The notes under the pieces: generated by a model
Database searches by the model: none
What the model saw: only the letters and a program-made list of their open reading frames with translations
Told to the model about the DNA's origin: nothing
Shown: positions 1 through 15,784 of the stretch, piece by piece
Layout of the letters: each line of letters starts with the position of its first letter
How positions within the stretch are numbered: position 1 is the first letter of the stretch
Position numbers and translations under genes: made by a program
Source of the DNA: Eledone cirrhosa
Lineage: Eukaryota
Direction: 5' to 3'
Assembly (NCBI GenBank): GCA_964016885.1
Contig: OZ024747.1
Coordinates: forward strand, 38,502,001 to 38,566,000
DNA: 64,000 bases

Positions 1-385
1 CAAGCAATTGATAGATGTTTGTGTCTATTATGACCATCTTCCTGTATCATTTTGTTAACCAAAAGCTGATCTTTACTGCCATATGAACCTCGTTTACACT
101 CTTTCTGCTCCTTGGGAAATAGATCATTTGTTATCAGGTGGTCATATGTATATTCAGTTAGGAATGATGTTAAAAGCAAGTTATCGGTCTGTAATTTTGG
201 GGATTGTTTGTCTCATCATTATTCGGAAGTAGGAATGTAATGCCATTAACTAGCCACGATGGTATCTTTTCTGGCTCCTTAACTATTTCATTGTAAAGTT
301 GGGCTAACAGCTCATGAGAAACTGTGAAGCCATTTATCCAAAAATTTGGTATTTCGTCTTTTCCTCGGGATTTCCATTAGCTGTT
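1..385 (-). pseudogene. Dong/R4-clade non-LTR retrotransposon, RT domain fragment (runs off window)
   Basis: Manual minus-strand translation (not in ORF track): WKSRGKDEIPNFWI...IPSWLVNGITFLLP...PQNYRPITC, frameshift, then LFPKEQKECKRGSYGSKDQLLVNKMI; typical R4/Dong RT N-terminal motifs. Confidence 0.8.
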
Positions 386-408
386 TTTTTATTATTATTA
401 TTATTATT

Positions 409-1598
409 GTTCTTTGAGTCTCAGTCATTGATGTTAGTCAACTGGAAAGTTTGTTGAAATGAATATCAAGCCACTACCTACAGCGTCAGATATTCAGGAC
501 GTATCGGAGTGTTCTTGCTGTTCACAGAAACCATGCCTTTTGAAGCGTTCCAAAAAGCGTGGCGGGGCCAATTTTCTTTAACCATCCTTGGAAACTTTTT
601 GAGACAGTACCTAGTGCGCCTATGACAATCGGGACCACTTTGACTTCATGGCAGTTCCAAATCCTTTTTACCTCCCACTCTAAGTCCTGGTATCGGTTAA
701 TTTTCTCCCTCTCCTTCTCTTGCACTCTCGTGTCGAATGGGCAGGCCACATTCACAATCAGGCACGATCTTTTTTTCCTTGTCCAAAACCACCAGGTCAG
801 GTCTATTGTGTTCCAGTTTCTTGTCCGTCTGTATCCTAAAATCCCACAGCACCTTCACCTGATCGTTTTCTATCACCGACTCTGGCTTATGCTCATACCA
901 CTTCTCAGAATGTGGTAAATTATTTACTTTGCATAGGTGCCAGTGGATCACCCTGCCCATCACATCATGTCTCCAGCCTTTATAGTGAGTCTGGGCTAGG
1001 TGTTTACACTCGGATACAATGTTAGCCACAGTCTCCTCTCTCTCTCCACAGATCTTACACAGTGAGCTAGCCTCCTACTATTAAATATGATGCTACACTC
1101 ACTTCGTTCTGAGGGCCTGCTCTTGTGCAATCATTAGCATTCCTTCTGTAGCCTGTTTAAGGTCTCCTGTTTTTAACCAGTACCATGTCTGTGGATCTCT
1201 GAATTCAGTTTTCTCAAAGAAGGTACTATGAAGGGATTTTTCATGAAAGTTGCTATTCCTCCTTGCTGTTATTTCCTCCTTGGACATCCCCTGGTCTATC
1301 TTGTTTTTCTCCATCTGAACACAGTCCTCTATGCTGATAAGACCTCTTCCACCTTCAGATCTCTTTAAGTAGAGACTATCGACATCACTCCTCTTGTGGA
1401 ACATGTTGTAGATAGTCAATAGCTTCCTAGTCTTCCTATCCATTTCTTTTTGTTCAGCAACATTCCACTTCAGAATTCCCGCACTGTACCTAATAATAGA
1501 GACAGCTCAGGAATTCACTGCACTTATGACATTCCTGCTATTTAGATGTGATTTTAAAACGCTCCTTACTCTCCTAATGTACTCAGATCTTATCAATT
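409..1598 (-). mobile_element. 5'-truncated Dong/R4-clade LINE: RT thumb, CCHC-like knuckle, restriction-like endonuclease (decayed)
   Basis: ORFs 1099-1443 (LYLKRSEGGRGL), 697-1029 (ECKHLAQ..RHD..WDFRIQTD..NRPDLVV), 522-755 (EKINRYQDL..VVPIVIGALG); the 3' end abuts a (TTA)n tract at ~389-407, the known Dong/R4 target type. Confidence 0.88.
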
Positions 1599-2950
1599 CC
1601 TCCGTTATGTCTATGTGGTTGATGGTCGCCATTTCTTCATGGAGTTTTGTGGCATCAAAGAACTCCTCTTTCTTTGTTATTTGTATGTTCCTTAGTGGAC
1701 ATGTGAACACACTTTTGTACTGTTCGTTCAGTATTTCACTTTTCTCTTGAGATTCTCAGTTAATGAACCGTCTGTATGGAAGAGTGGCCCAATCTTGCAG
1801 TGTACCGAGGCAGTTTCTTTTGCAAATTTAAAGAAGGCCTTAGGGTTCGTTTTAATATTTTCTATGGCCCTGCTTTCTTTCTTTGCCTTCTCATTTTCAT
1901 GGGAAAGTTTGAGTGCAATCTCGGTGTCAAGTAGTGCACGTTTCAAATGGGATTCCCTCTTGTTTTTGTTTTCCTGTTGAGCATTCAATTGGTTTGAGAG
2001 CTTGGTTCTTCGTCTCATAAGGATTTTCCTAGTCTCTGGGAATAAGAGTTTTCTGTCTGTAGGCCTTTTTCTCCGGGACAAACGTTTGGCATATAGTGTG
2101 TATCATTGTCATGAAGTGTTGAAATTGTGTGTTGGTGTCTTGTGTGGCAGTGTTTTCGCTCCATATTTGCTTCCGGATTTTTCTCTTGGTCTTTTGCCAT
2201 TTAACCTTGTAGAAGTTAAGGCTGGATAATGTCCCGGTGCTTCTGGATGGTTGTGTCTCTGATGATTCTCTCGGACCACATATCATTAGTTCTACTAAGT
2301 TATGATCCGAGAAAATTGTTGGTGTCACCTTTACATTGTGGATCAGCACTTGATTGTTTGTAAAACAGAGGTCCAGGATATTCTCGCCTCTTGTTGGGAG
2401 GAGTAATGCTTGTCCATGAACAGCCTGTGTGCGAGGGCCAGCAAGGAATCCGTCTGTCCCTGTTCTATTGATGTTATTCCATGGGAGAGGTGGCCCTCAG
2501 GCCATTTGACCTTTGGCAGTGTTAAGTATCCCAGCAGTAGAATGTTGAGACCCTGGTCTAGTTTGTCAAGAACCTCTTCTATCCTACTAAGGCTATCCTC
2601 AAATTTACCCCCATGAGAGGGGGCATCGGGCGGCCTATATGTGACACATATTACTCTCTTTAGTTGCTTCATATATACTATCAGTGTGTCACAGACTGAG
2701 TTTGAATGTGTTAACAGTTCAATTGGTGTGACATCTTCACGGATATGCAGAGTAACCCCTCCATCAGTTCACTCCTTCCTGTCCGAACGAAATACAGTAT
2801 ATTTTGGTATATGTATTTCCGCATCTGCTATACTACTTGTCAGATGCGTTTCGGTTAGTGCCATGTATAATTCTTGATTGCTTATGTGTAAGTCTCCCAG
2901 GTAGAACATTTTATTCATGTTAGTGAGTTTCACCAGGTCTCTGACATTTC
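1599..2950 (-). mobile_element. CR1/L2-group LINE ORF2 5' part: AP-like endonuclease plus linker (frameshifted)
   Basis: Motifs ALTETHL, YTVFRSDR..GGV, VTYRPPD, FSDHNLV, IKTNPKAFFKFA..IGPL across ORFs 2343-2672, 2029-2349, 1728-2081. Confidence 0.82.
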
Positions 2951-3557
2951 AAATCGTTTATAAAGAAAATGTACTATAGATATGTCTTAGAAGTATCTTT
3001 CACCAACTTATACTCCATCATCACCTCACTTAGTAATAATGATATTAATAAGAGAGCAATAACAAAGAACATTGAAGAAAATGGAATCGCATTAAATCTA
3101 ATTCTATATTCACATTTGGTAAAAATTTGTTTTCCAATACGTTACATTAGATTCTAACAATTTCCTCAGGTTAACTGAAACTGTAAGCATATTCAGAGAT
3201 TCAAGAATATAAAAATTATTATTATTTATGTCATAATTAATGTTAGTCTTATTTTTGTTGTGCATCATCACTGCATTACCGAGCAAAGCTCAGTGCACCT
3301 TGGGTATATGCAGCGGGGTTTTGGTCGTTTTGCTTCTGTTGTATGAGAGTGCCCTTCGTAATATGTTTCAGTACCTAGTAGTGCTTTTTTTCTATGTTGC
3401 ATATATTTGTAAATTCTGGTATTTGGGTATATATCTATGTGTTTTTTATCATTCCCAGAACGTCTATTATTATAACTATTGTCTCATCCTCTGCATTCAG
3501 GTTATTGTTTTAGCTACAGGTCTTTCTTTATATTTGGATAGCTTCTCAATGTCCTTG

Positions 3558-3596
<39 letters not shown>

Positions 3597-3603
<7 letters not shown>

Positions 3604-4910
3604 ATACTTTGGGAGGATCACTTTGCCAATAAGAAACACACGCACCAGTTGCTTTCACTCCAATTTATTATAAATTAAATTCATAAATTTAAGAATTTAT
3701 AAATTTCCGGTTGGTTGGTTGGTTCCACAAACGGACGGTTCTTCATATATTGTCAAAGTTCTTTCGTCACAGTGACTGGGGCATCTTTTCTTTGTTTTAT
3801 GCCTGTCCTTTGTTCTGTCCTACGCCATCTTGATGTTGTGTGTGTTGTGTGCTTAGTTTGCGCATGTGTTACATCCGGGTGTCTGTGTGTGTTTTTATTT
3901 GTTTATTTATTTGTTTATTTACATGTTACTGGTTGGTTGTTTGTTCTATGTGAGTGTGTGTTTTCATTTTGACCTTAATTGTAAGTTGTGATGTTGCTAT
4001 TCCATTCATGTTTTCTATTTATTTTTGGTTGGAGTTGATTTATGTTTATCGCCTCTGTGATTTGTCTAAACATTGCGTCTTTTCTGTGTGTAGATTCTAT
4101 TTTTATTTCTATGTTCTCTAATTTGCCCTTATGTTCTATTTTAGAATGTTGGTGGAGTATTGATGATTATTTTTTATCTTGAAGCTCTCGCCAGTGTTCA
4201 TTTAACCGTTCTCCTATACTACGAGCTGTCCCACCTATGTACACTATATTCTTATCTTTACATTGTCCTTCAGTACATCTTATGCTATATACTACATTTT
4301 TAGTTTTTAATATGGGGGCTTAGTTTACAGATTATGCATTTATTATAGATACAGGGAGGTCTTTGAAAAGGTATGTATTGCTAATAAGTGTTTTTATGGA
4401 GGTACCTGGTCTTTCTACTATCTTAATATTAAGTTTAAGTTTATCTAGGGCCCTTCTAAATTTGTAAGCTAATTCACCTCTAGGGATTGTATTGATGAAC
4501 ATTACACTCTGGTATTTATTGCTATCACACCATGAGTTTATTCTATTAACCTTATTCCTTGTTCTTTCTATTCTATTCCAAAATTTGCTCCTATACAAGG
4601 GGCAGGTCCGATTTGTATCATTATTTACCATTTTTTCCCATTTGGTTATGGCTCCTCTATATACTCTGATTTTATCTCTCTGAATGTAAACAGAGAACTG
4701 CATACGGTGGATGAAGTGTTGTATGTGTCACTCTAGTTCATTGGAGTTGCACATGCGGGACAGGTTTCTCGTCACCTGTACCAAATCTGCAATCAGTATG
4801 TTGATTTTGGTGTGATCCGAACAGCTGTGTTTCGGTGGATCAGATATTTGGAAATCATGGGTTTGGCATAATGCGAATGGAGGATTTGTTTTTTGTTATT
4901 AATGCTTTCT
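3597..4910 (-). mobile_element. 5'-truncated Penelope-like element (non-Naiad type), thumb/linker + GIY-YIG + 3' pLTR; family 1 copy a
   Basis: ORF 4332-4703 (CPLYRSKFW..ER..KIVERPGTS), then VVYSIRC..YIGGTARS..R..EH; homologous to 53455-54700; ends at (TA)n. Confidence 0.82.
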
Positions 4911-4924
4911 AACAATAACAATAA

Positions 4925-5393
4925 CAAATCACAGAGGCAATAAACATAAATGAACTACAACCAACATTAAATGGAAACATGAATGGAATAGCAAAATCAC
5001 AAGTTACAATTAAGGACAAAATGAAAAGACACACACACATAGAACAAACAACCAACCAGTAACATGTAAATAACAAATAAATCAACAGATAAAAACACTC
5101 ACAGACACCCGGATGTAACACATGCGCAAACTAAGCACACAACACACACAAAAATAAGATGGCGTAGGACAGAACAATGGAGGGGCACTAAACAAAGAAA
5201 ATAATCCACAGTCATTGAAGAGGTCACAGAATGTGTGAAGAAAGAACTTTGACAATATATGAACAATCGTTCGGTTGTGGAACCAACCAACCGGAAATTT
5301 ATAAATTCTTAAATTTATTAAATTAATTTATAATAAATTGAAGCACTAGTGTGCGTGTTTCTTATTGGCAATATGACCCTCCCAAAGTATAAC
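4925..5393 (+). repeat. Inverted copy of the family 1 3' tail/pLTR
   Basis: Reverse complement of ~3600-4065 with substitutions; typical PLE inverted pLTR arrangement. Confidence 0.9.
5211..5253 (+). ncRNA. Minimal hammerhead ribozyme, family 1 (core mutated to TTGAAGA)
   Basis: gtca-TTGAAGA-stem II caca/tgtg-GAAA-gaac-TT-tgac; intact-core copy at 53608-53650. Confidence 0.55.
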
Positions 5394-5468
5394 ACTATCG
5401 GTTTCAACACACGTTTTCAGATAAAGAATATTGGTAAACATATTCAGAAATGATATATATATATATAA

Positions 5469-5739
5469 AGTCTGTCTTAAGCCAGAAGACTGAGTTGGCC
5501 GGTGCTTATCTCTGTTTCATGGCGTGAAGCGACTGAGGGTACAAGACTCCCCATGGACAGGACGCCAGTCCATCGCAGGGTTAAACCTCCAGCTATTGTT
5601 GGTACTCATGTTTAGGTGAGTATACTGGAGCAAGGTGAAATGAAGTGTTTTGCTCAAGAACACGACACGCAACCCATGAATCGAGCCCACGACATTATGA
5701 TCGTAAGTCCAACAGTCTTACCAATAGGCCACATGCTTC

Positions 5740-5741
<2 letters not shown>
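5469..5741 (-). mobile_element. tRNA-derived SINE
   Basis: Minus strand begins tggaagcatgtggcctattggtaaga..ggctcgattc (A/B-box-like), then cttgagcaaaacacttcatttcaccttgctcc and ccctgcgatggactggcgtcctgtcca SINE core motifs; related to 52955-53170. Confidence 0.75.
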
Positions 5742-5802
<61 letters not shown>

Positions 5803-5812
5803 GTATAACTAA

Positions 5813-6614
<802 letters not shown>

Positions 6615-8859
6615 ACACTCTACTTAACTCATTTGAAAATGACCTAGTTAAACTAGTTAAGAACATTAAATACAATAAGCACCATATTAGAAGCAACACC
6701 TTCTTAAACAAACTTAACACTTCTATTAATGGATTCAAAACTAGTAATAAAATTATTGTACACGCAGATAAAACTAATAACATATACAGCCTAGATTATA
6801 TTACTTATAGAAAGTTTATATATAATGAACTACATAAAAGCTACAAAAAAACCACCTTGAAAAACTTAGAAGACATTAATGTAGACGGTTATAATATAGT
6901 GTCTAAACTAGGACTACAGAGGCATACACAACCTTTCACTCCGAACCCCCCTAGATTCTCTCTGAAGGACCATAAGGAGAACTTCATCAGCAACCCCACG
7001 ATAAGACTTATCTGCCCTTCCAAGTCCGACATTGGTATTATCAGCAAGAAGATTTTGGATAAAATCATCCCACAAATTAAACACAAGATACACCTTAAAC
7101 AATGGGGAAATACGGGTGAAGTAATTGAATGGTTCAAGGATATCAAGAATAATAAGAACAAAAAATTTATTCAATTTGATATCAATTCATACTACACCTC
7201 TATTTCCCCTATCCTATTAAATAAGGCACTTATCATGGCCATGACCAATAGCGACCTGACTAGAGCCCAGGTTGATGTCATCCTTGCGGCCCGTAAAACC
7301 ATAATCACCTTCGAGGACCAACTATGGACACGCAAGGATACGCACAACAACTTCGACATAACCATGGGATCTAGTGACTCGGCGCAGGTCACTGATTTGG
7401 TCGGCCTATACCTCCTCAATGAAATCCATAAAGACCTCCCTTACCTCAACGGTGGTTTGTACCGCGATGATGCACTTCTACTCATAGAATATAAAAAATT
7501 TAATATAGAAAGAACTAGAAAACAACTGCATAAGACATTCAAAAACTTTAACCTTAGTATCACCATGGACAAAAACACTAAAAATGTTAACTTCCTAGAC
7601 GCCACACTATACCTAGACTCAAAAATATATACACCTTTCCATAAGCCTAATGAGAAACTTATTTACGTAGATACCAATCTAATCACCCTAGATCAATATT
7701 AAACTCTATCTCTAAGGGGGTGTCCAATAGAATCTCTAGTCTGTCCTATGACGCAAACATATTTAGCAAAAACTCACAATATTACAATCAAGCATTAGCT
7801 AGCTCCGGCCATAATATAGAAATTGAGTTCCTACCTAAGAAAACACATAGCTACAACATCATCTCGCACAACATGTCCATGAGGAAATCTAATAATAGGA
7901 ATAGCAACCACAAGTACACCAAAGCGGAGGGTGCCACCGGAAGTAACCATTACCATGGAAACTACTGTGGGGCCTTAGGAGGAAGCAACACACCAAACAC
8001 TAAAAGCAAAAATAGAAGAAGAAATAATACATTTTTCAACCCTCCTTTCAACCTAAATGTCTCCACCAACATACCTAGGGCTTTCTTCTCACTACTAGAT
8101 AAAAACTTCCCTCTAGGACACAAGTACCACAACCTCTTAAACAAAAACACCATTAAAATCTCATACTCTACGACGCCTAACTTAGCATACCACATAGCTA
8201 GCAGCAATAATAGTAAAATTAGTTCTTACTTCCAACAAACAAAATCACAACGGGATGCAAACCCTCTAAATACCACTGTAGCAAGCAACCATAGCAACGG
8301 CAGTAACAATAGAAATAACACTAGTATAAGTAATAACACCAGGGTTGTCAACCCGAACACCCAAAATCCTATATCCACCACACAGACTTCCGCATTGCAT
8401 TATAACCAGCGGACTAACGCACAGGATAATTGTAACTGTAGAGCTAATAGAACCTGCCCTTTAGATAAAAAATGCCTAACCAAGGATGTCATATACTCAT
8501 GCACAGTCACGACTAATAACTCTTCAGAAACCTATGTAGGCTCCACTTCTAACTGCTTCAAAATCAGATATAACTCGCACATCCACTCGTTCAAAAAGCA
8601 CAGCCTAGCCAACTCCACCTCACTTTCTAGCTACATACACTATCTAAAATCTAAAAATAAACCATACACACTCAAATGGGAAGTGATAGGCAGCGCGACC
8701 TCGTACAAACCACCTAATAAATTCTGTAACCTCTGTATACTAGAGACACACAATATTATCTTCTCCAACCGTAACCTACTTAACAAAAAATCTGAGGTGT
8801 TTGCAACTTGCCAGCACCGCCTCAGACATTCCTTCCAAAACTTTAAGCCCTATATATAG
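6615..8859 (+). pseudogene. Naiad-type PLE RT + GIY-YIG polyprotein, 5'-truncated, one frameshift at ~7680
   Basis: ORFs 6566-7702 and 7720-8859: ADKT, RLICPSKSDIG, FIQFDI, MGSSDSAQ, GLYRDD, FLD, FNPPF, CNC..CPL..C..VIY..YVG..FK.RY..H. Confidence 0.93.
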
Positions 8860-10301
8860 CAATGTCGGACTGGAACCTAACACCACATCTAGCATCAAAC
8901 ACCAGAGACACACCCTATACTACACACCCAACACTAGCTGATCCATTATAACACAAACAACGACATCCCTCTGGAACCCTTCGCAGGGAAAATACCCATT
9001 TATACCTCTACGGCAGGTGTGACAACATCCACCCACTTGAACGGCACTACACCGCTCTAAGGGTAATTTGAGCATGAATTGATCGGTTGGATGGTGCTGG
9101 GCAGAGGAAACACCTTCCTTAGACAGATGTAAAATGATTTAATCGAGTAGCGCTGTTGACTAGTAGGACCGGGCTGCTGAGCGCAGTGAGTGAATGCAAT
9201 GCAACTGCCGTGCGGGTTGTACGTATATGGATGACCTGACGGTCAGAGAGGGGTCGCGAGGACTGCGGATTGACCTTTGGCCTGCCTGGGGACGATTATC
9301 TTTCGACATCCAATGTAGCAAGCGATGACCCAGATCTTACCAGAGATCATTGGGGCCTGAAGCAATCCTGCAATCACCGCGCCTGGTCATATGAGCAGAC
9401 TACAACCACAGAGATCATTAATTTAGAATCCTCGCTCATCATCTATAATTTCCATTTGTAGCACCTTAAGTTGGGTTAATCCACCATAATAATATGATCA
9501 CCTACAGCAAAACTTAGTTAAATTACTCTATAGTTAATACACTTTATGCTTTAAAAGTCTCTCTTGGAAGGTGCACTTCACCATAGAATTTAGGGTCTAT
9601 ATTGGGACACATTTTAATGGCTAGATATAGAAACCCCAGAGTTACCTCCCCGCATGCATTAACTCCCCTTAGCCACACACACACACTTCCGGTATTCAAT
9701 GGCGTTTCTCGAAACGTTATAACCTCCTGTATCGAACTAAAGAACACCAGACTACGATCTCTAACTGGATTGTCGTGGATTATGTGAAAGGCATATAATC
9801 GAAATATACACTCCCTTGACCATGAAAATGCCGAAGTACATGAATTACTTGACATCCCTGCGCTGTGCATCTCCAATACTTATAATACTTTTAATGCTTG
9901 CACTATCTTTAATGCTTATAATATTTCTCCACACACAGACTATATCAATCATATAAAGATTTTGCCACCAGATCTACCAACCTAACACTCTTATTTACCT
10001 ACCTAAGTGCCTCTACCACACATATCTCTCTGCCACACTATATAAACAAGACGCACATGCGTGCCACACATATAACATTTGCTCTATATAACCACTTATC
10101 TTCATGTTGTACTTTAACCTATATCTTTGATTTTTGATTGTACCTATTAATATAAATGTAATCTCGAAGTGCGTACTGCCACTCTAAATTCTGTAATGAA
10201 TGTTGACCCACAATGTTTGAATATGTATCAATGTTTGAATATGTATTGGTATGTCTCTCGGCTGAAAAGGAGGTCATATAACTGTCCATGCATTAATAAA
10301 T

Positions 10302-10348
10302 TGCTCCGAAGAATCCAAACCTCGGTTTGGAGGAAACAGCTGTAAGCA
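10302..10348 (+). ncRNA. Hammerhead ribozyme family 2 (CCGAAGA core) at 3' end of Naiad element
   Basis: tgct-CCGAAGA-a tccaaacc/ggtttgga g-GAA-acagctgt (palindromic stem III)-A-agca. Confidence 0.72.
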
Positions 10349-10379
10349 CAATAATGTTTTGAACAGTTCTTTGATTCTT

Positions 10380-10433
<54 letters not shown>

Positions 10434-10711
10434 TATAATATAATATATAATATATACTATATATATATATATATATATAATATAATATGATATATAATAT
10501 ATATATATATATATATATTATACACGAATGCATATATATATATTGTCATCTGTAGTAATTGATACATCCATTAGAAGACATTTCTTCTCTTTGTTGTCTT
10601 TGATTATAATATCCGGTCAGTTAGCTTTGATCTCCGTCTCTATGTAATGACATATCCCATTCTTTGTCATTTTCTAACACCATTTCTGCTGTGTGATTAT
10701 TAATATATTTT

Positions 10712-10771
<60 letters not shown>

Positions 10772-10916
10772 AACTACTACTACATTACGTTTAGCCACTG
10801 CCTGTGTCAAAAATAATATTTACTCTATCATCATCAGCAGTAGTAGTAAAAATAGTTTTATTAGTAGTAGTAATAGCAGCAGCAGCTACAGCAGTTGCAC
10901 CAGCAGCAGCAGCTGC

Positions 10917-10965
<49 letters not shown>

Positions 10966-11433
10966 ATTTTTTTTGTTGGTGTAATAGTAGAAGCAATAGT
11001 CGTTGACCATGATGAAAGTGAAGAAAATGATGTTTATGATGGTGAATTTCATGAAAATGTCACCGGTGTCGGTGATGATCACGTTGATGGTCATAAGGAT
11101 GATGGTCCTGATGATGATGATGAACACCACGATGATGGCGACGATGGTGATGACGAACACGACGATAGTGACAATGATGATGATGATGATTTTGATGACG
11201 AACACAATGATGGCGATGTCGATGAAATGAAAGAGAAATCGTAGAAGGGACAGAAAAGTATATCTCTTTTGCTTTATTACGTTGGAAGCTACCGTGTGGT
11301 GATGCGTGATGGTTCCAGGCTCTCTCAGGGAGAACACACACAAGCATTTTAAATAAGTAGGGCATGAGAATAATAGCAATAGCAACAGCAGCAGCAGCAG
11401 CAGCAGCAGTATTATTATTATTATTATTATTAT

Positions 11434-11493
<60 letters not shown>

Positions 11494-11700
11494 CATGATG
11501 TTGAAGGGAGGATAAGGAGGTGCAGGAGAAGGAGAAGGAAGATGAAACAGAGAGGCGAGGATCAGGAGGAGGAGGAAAGAGAGAGAAGGAGGGGGAGTAG
11601 AAGGTGGATGAGGAGGTGGAGAGCGCTGATAATGAGGATGAGGAAGAGGGTGAGGATGAGGTGGATGGAGTGGTGAGCAGGAGGAGGAGCTTCATCATCA
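10712..11700. repeat. Compound trinucleotide microsatellites (CTA, GTA, GAT, GCA, TTA, GGA)
   Basis: Directly visible; source of the poly-V/D/L/T ORFs. Confidence 0.95.
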
Positions 11701-11933
11701 CCTATTGTCGTTTAGCCGCAGGTAAGTCCTCAATGATCATACATACCAATGATCAAAAGCATTCACTGATGTTGGTTAATATTTTTTATATATGTTACTT
11801 TACATGTTCAATTCCCCTTCTGTTCCTAATGTTATATCTTCCATTTGAATAAGATGGATAACTTACATACCATTTGATTCAATTGACAATAGCCCGCCCA
11901 TAAAAATGTGTAGCTTTGTAAGAAATAATCATG

Positions 11934-13118
<1,185 letters not shown>

Positions 13119-13119
13119 C

Positions 13120-14205
13120 GCCCTGCATAAGGTTAACCCCAGAACCACCGATGGGTTTCGGAAAAACTTAAGCTCTTTCTTCTCTAATCTAGGATTTAGT
13201 ATAACTATAGGTTCTAATTTGACTAGGGCCAACTTCTTAGATGTCACTCTCGACCTAGATACTTTCCTCTATTACCCGTACCACAAACCTAACGAGTCCC
13301 TTAAATATGTTAATGTTAATTCAAACCACCCCCAAAACATCACTGATAACCTAGTAAAAAGCGTCTCTATTAGATTATCTGGCCTCTCCGCCAACAAAGA
13401 TATTTTTAATGCATCTGCCTCCTACTACAATGACGCCCTCGCCCGTAGCGGATTTAAATATAAGATAACTTACCTAGAAACCACCGCAAGATTGTAGAGG
13501 TGGAATAGACATAGGCAGATTAGCTGGTACAACCCTCCCTTCAATAGAGAGGTATCTACTCCGATAGCTAGGATTTTCTTCACTTTACTGAAATTACACT
13601 TCCCCATACAACATATGTACCACACCATCTTTAATAAGAACAAAATAAGACTGTCTTACTCCACCACACCTAACCTAGCTAGGAATATAGCCAACCACAA
13701 TTCTAAAAAATTAAATAAGCCAACCACCTCCGAACCCAATCCCCGGACTGGGGCTCTATGTAATTGCCTAAATAAGGAAGCATGCACACTTGAAAACAAA
13801 TGCCTCACAAATGATACCGTATACAAATGTGATGTCATCTCAGGCACCGAGGATTGCAAAAAAACTTACATCGGCATGACCTCCAACAAATTTAAGACCC
13901 GTTGGTATGCCCATACCCACTCCTTCAGAAGACCGGATAAATCAAATCAGACAAAACTCGCCTCCTACATTTGGGACCTCAAAAGGAACTCCACCCCCTT
14001 CACGCTTAAATGGAAAATACTCCAGAAAGCGCGCTCTTACAACGGAGGACACAAGGGCTGCGACCTTTTTATTTCAGAGAGCTACGAAATTTTATTCGCC
14101 AAGGGCCCGCTACTGAACAAACTCTCTGAACACTGCCCGAACTGCATGCACAAGAACTTTGCAACTTTCAAACACTTTAAGCCAGTGTTAAAGCCCGATG
14201 GCTAA
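13120..14205 (+). pseudogene. 5'-truncated Naiad-type PLE: RT end, thumb, linker, GIY-YIG (in-frame TAG at 13495)
   Basis: [50 protein letters not shown]. Confidence 0.92.
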
Positions 14206-14637
14206 AAACGACCTCCCCCTATTGGCCCCTATACCTCCTCCCCACCCTACCCCCACCCCTCCTCAACCTGAAATACGGCCACTATGGTACCTCTTTCCTA
14301 TCTACATTTTCTGCCTGGAGAGGTGTTTTTATGTGCCTGCGTATATGCGTATATTTATTGAGTACTTATTTATTTGTATGTGTATATATTTGTTTGTATG
14401 TGTGTATATGTATGGGTATGTGTATATATATATGTATATATGTGTGTATGTATATGTGTTTATGTGTGTATATTTATGTATGTATATATATGTATATATA
14501 TATTTCACTACCAGAAGCAGTCAACGAGTTGCTACCAAGATGAAAACTACTATGAAATCCCACAATGAATTCTATACTTGAATTTTCAAATCTGAAATTT
14601 TAACTCTTCTTACTATTAATTTTTCTTAATATTAATC

Positions 14638-14685
14638 AACATTTGAAAAGATGGCTTTTGCAGACCCATAGAAACCGGTCATTTT
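14638..14685 (+). ncRNA. Variant hammerhead family 10 (U3-A8 core TTGAAAA)
   Basis: aacat-TTGAAAA-gatgg..ccata-GAA-accggt-C-atttt; weak stem I. Confidence 0.5.
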
Positions 14686-14846
14686 TTATACACTTTATTA
14701 TTTCCTTACCTTATAAAATTATATGTTTTTTCACAAAAAAGTATTCTGTCTCTTATATATTCCATGTGCCATTACCAACCTCAATTTTCTCTATAACCTT
14801 CGTTTTGTGTAGTAAATTACACTTTTCATATATGTATATATGTATA

Positions 14847-14951
<105 letters not shown>

Positions 14952-15048
14952 ATGTATGTGTATGTGTATGTATGTATGTATGTATGTATGTATGTATGTG
15001 TATATGTATGTATATGTTTATGTATATGTATATGTATATGTATGTATG

Positions 15049-15093
<45 letters not shown>

Positions 15094-15176
15094 GTGTGTG
15101 TGTGTGTGTCTGTGTGTATGTGTGTGTGTGTATATATATATATATGTGTGTGGGCAGGTGTTTATATATATGTGTG

Positions 15177-15213
<37 letters not shown>

Positions 15214-15554
15214 GTATATGTATATATGTGTATATATATATATGTGCGTGAGAGAGAGTGTGTATATATATTTGTGTGTTGTGTTTGTGTGTGTGTATGT
15301 GTGTATATATGCGTTATATGTCTGTATATATGTGTATATTTATGTATAGGTCTGTGTATGTATGTGTATATTTGTATATATATAGATATGTATATATATA
15401 TACATATATATATATATATTTATACATATGCATGTGTATGTGTGTGTGTGTGTGTATATATATATATGTGTATATGTGTGTGTGTGTATATGTATGTATA
15501 TAAATATATATATATATATATATGTGTTTGTGTATATATATATATATGTGTGTA

Positions 15555-15587
<33 letters not shown>

Positions 15588-15784
15588 GTAGATAAATCTA
15601 CCAAGAGTTTACGGTAGTGTCCAATCCGTATGAAGAACTCAATGTAGTCCGGATATCATGGAAAGAAGAGATGCAATGAAAAATCACTTTCGGTGAAAGA
15701 TAAACGGAATACAGAGTCAAGATAAAATATTAAAAAAATAATTAATAAAACAATGAAACAGTTCCTTATATTAAACAAAAAAAG

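Noticed and set aside
3110-3180. CTGAGGA..GAAA on the minus strand as a hammerhead
   Set aside because: Stem I and stem III do not pair
9073-9147. ATGA...GA as a SECIS element
   Set aside because: Helix II register and apical AA spacing do not fit, and the upstream ORF has no in-frame TGA
10804-11852. Poly-V/D/L/T/H ORFs that look like membrane or acidic proteins
   Set aside because: Trinucleotide microsatellites open in several frames on both strands
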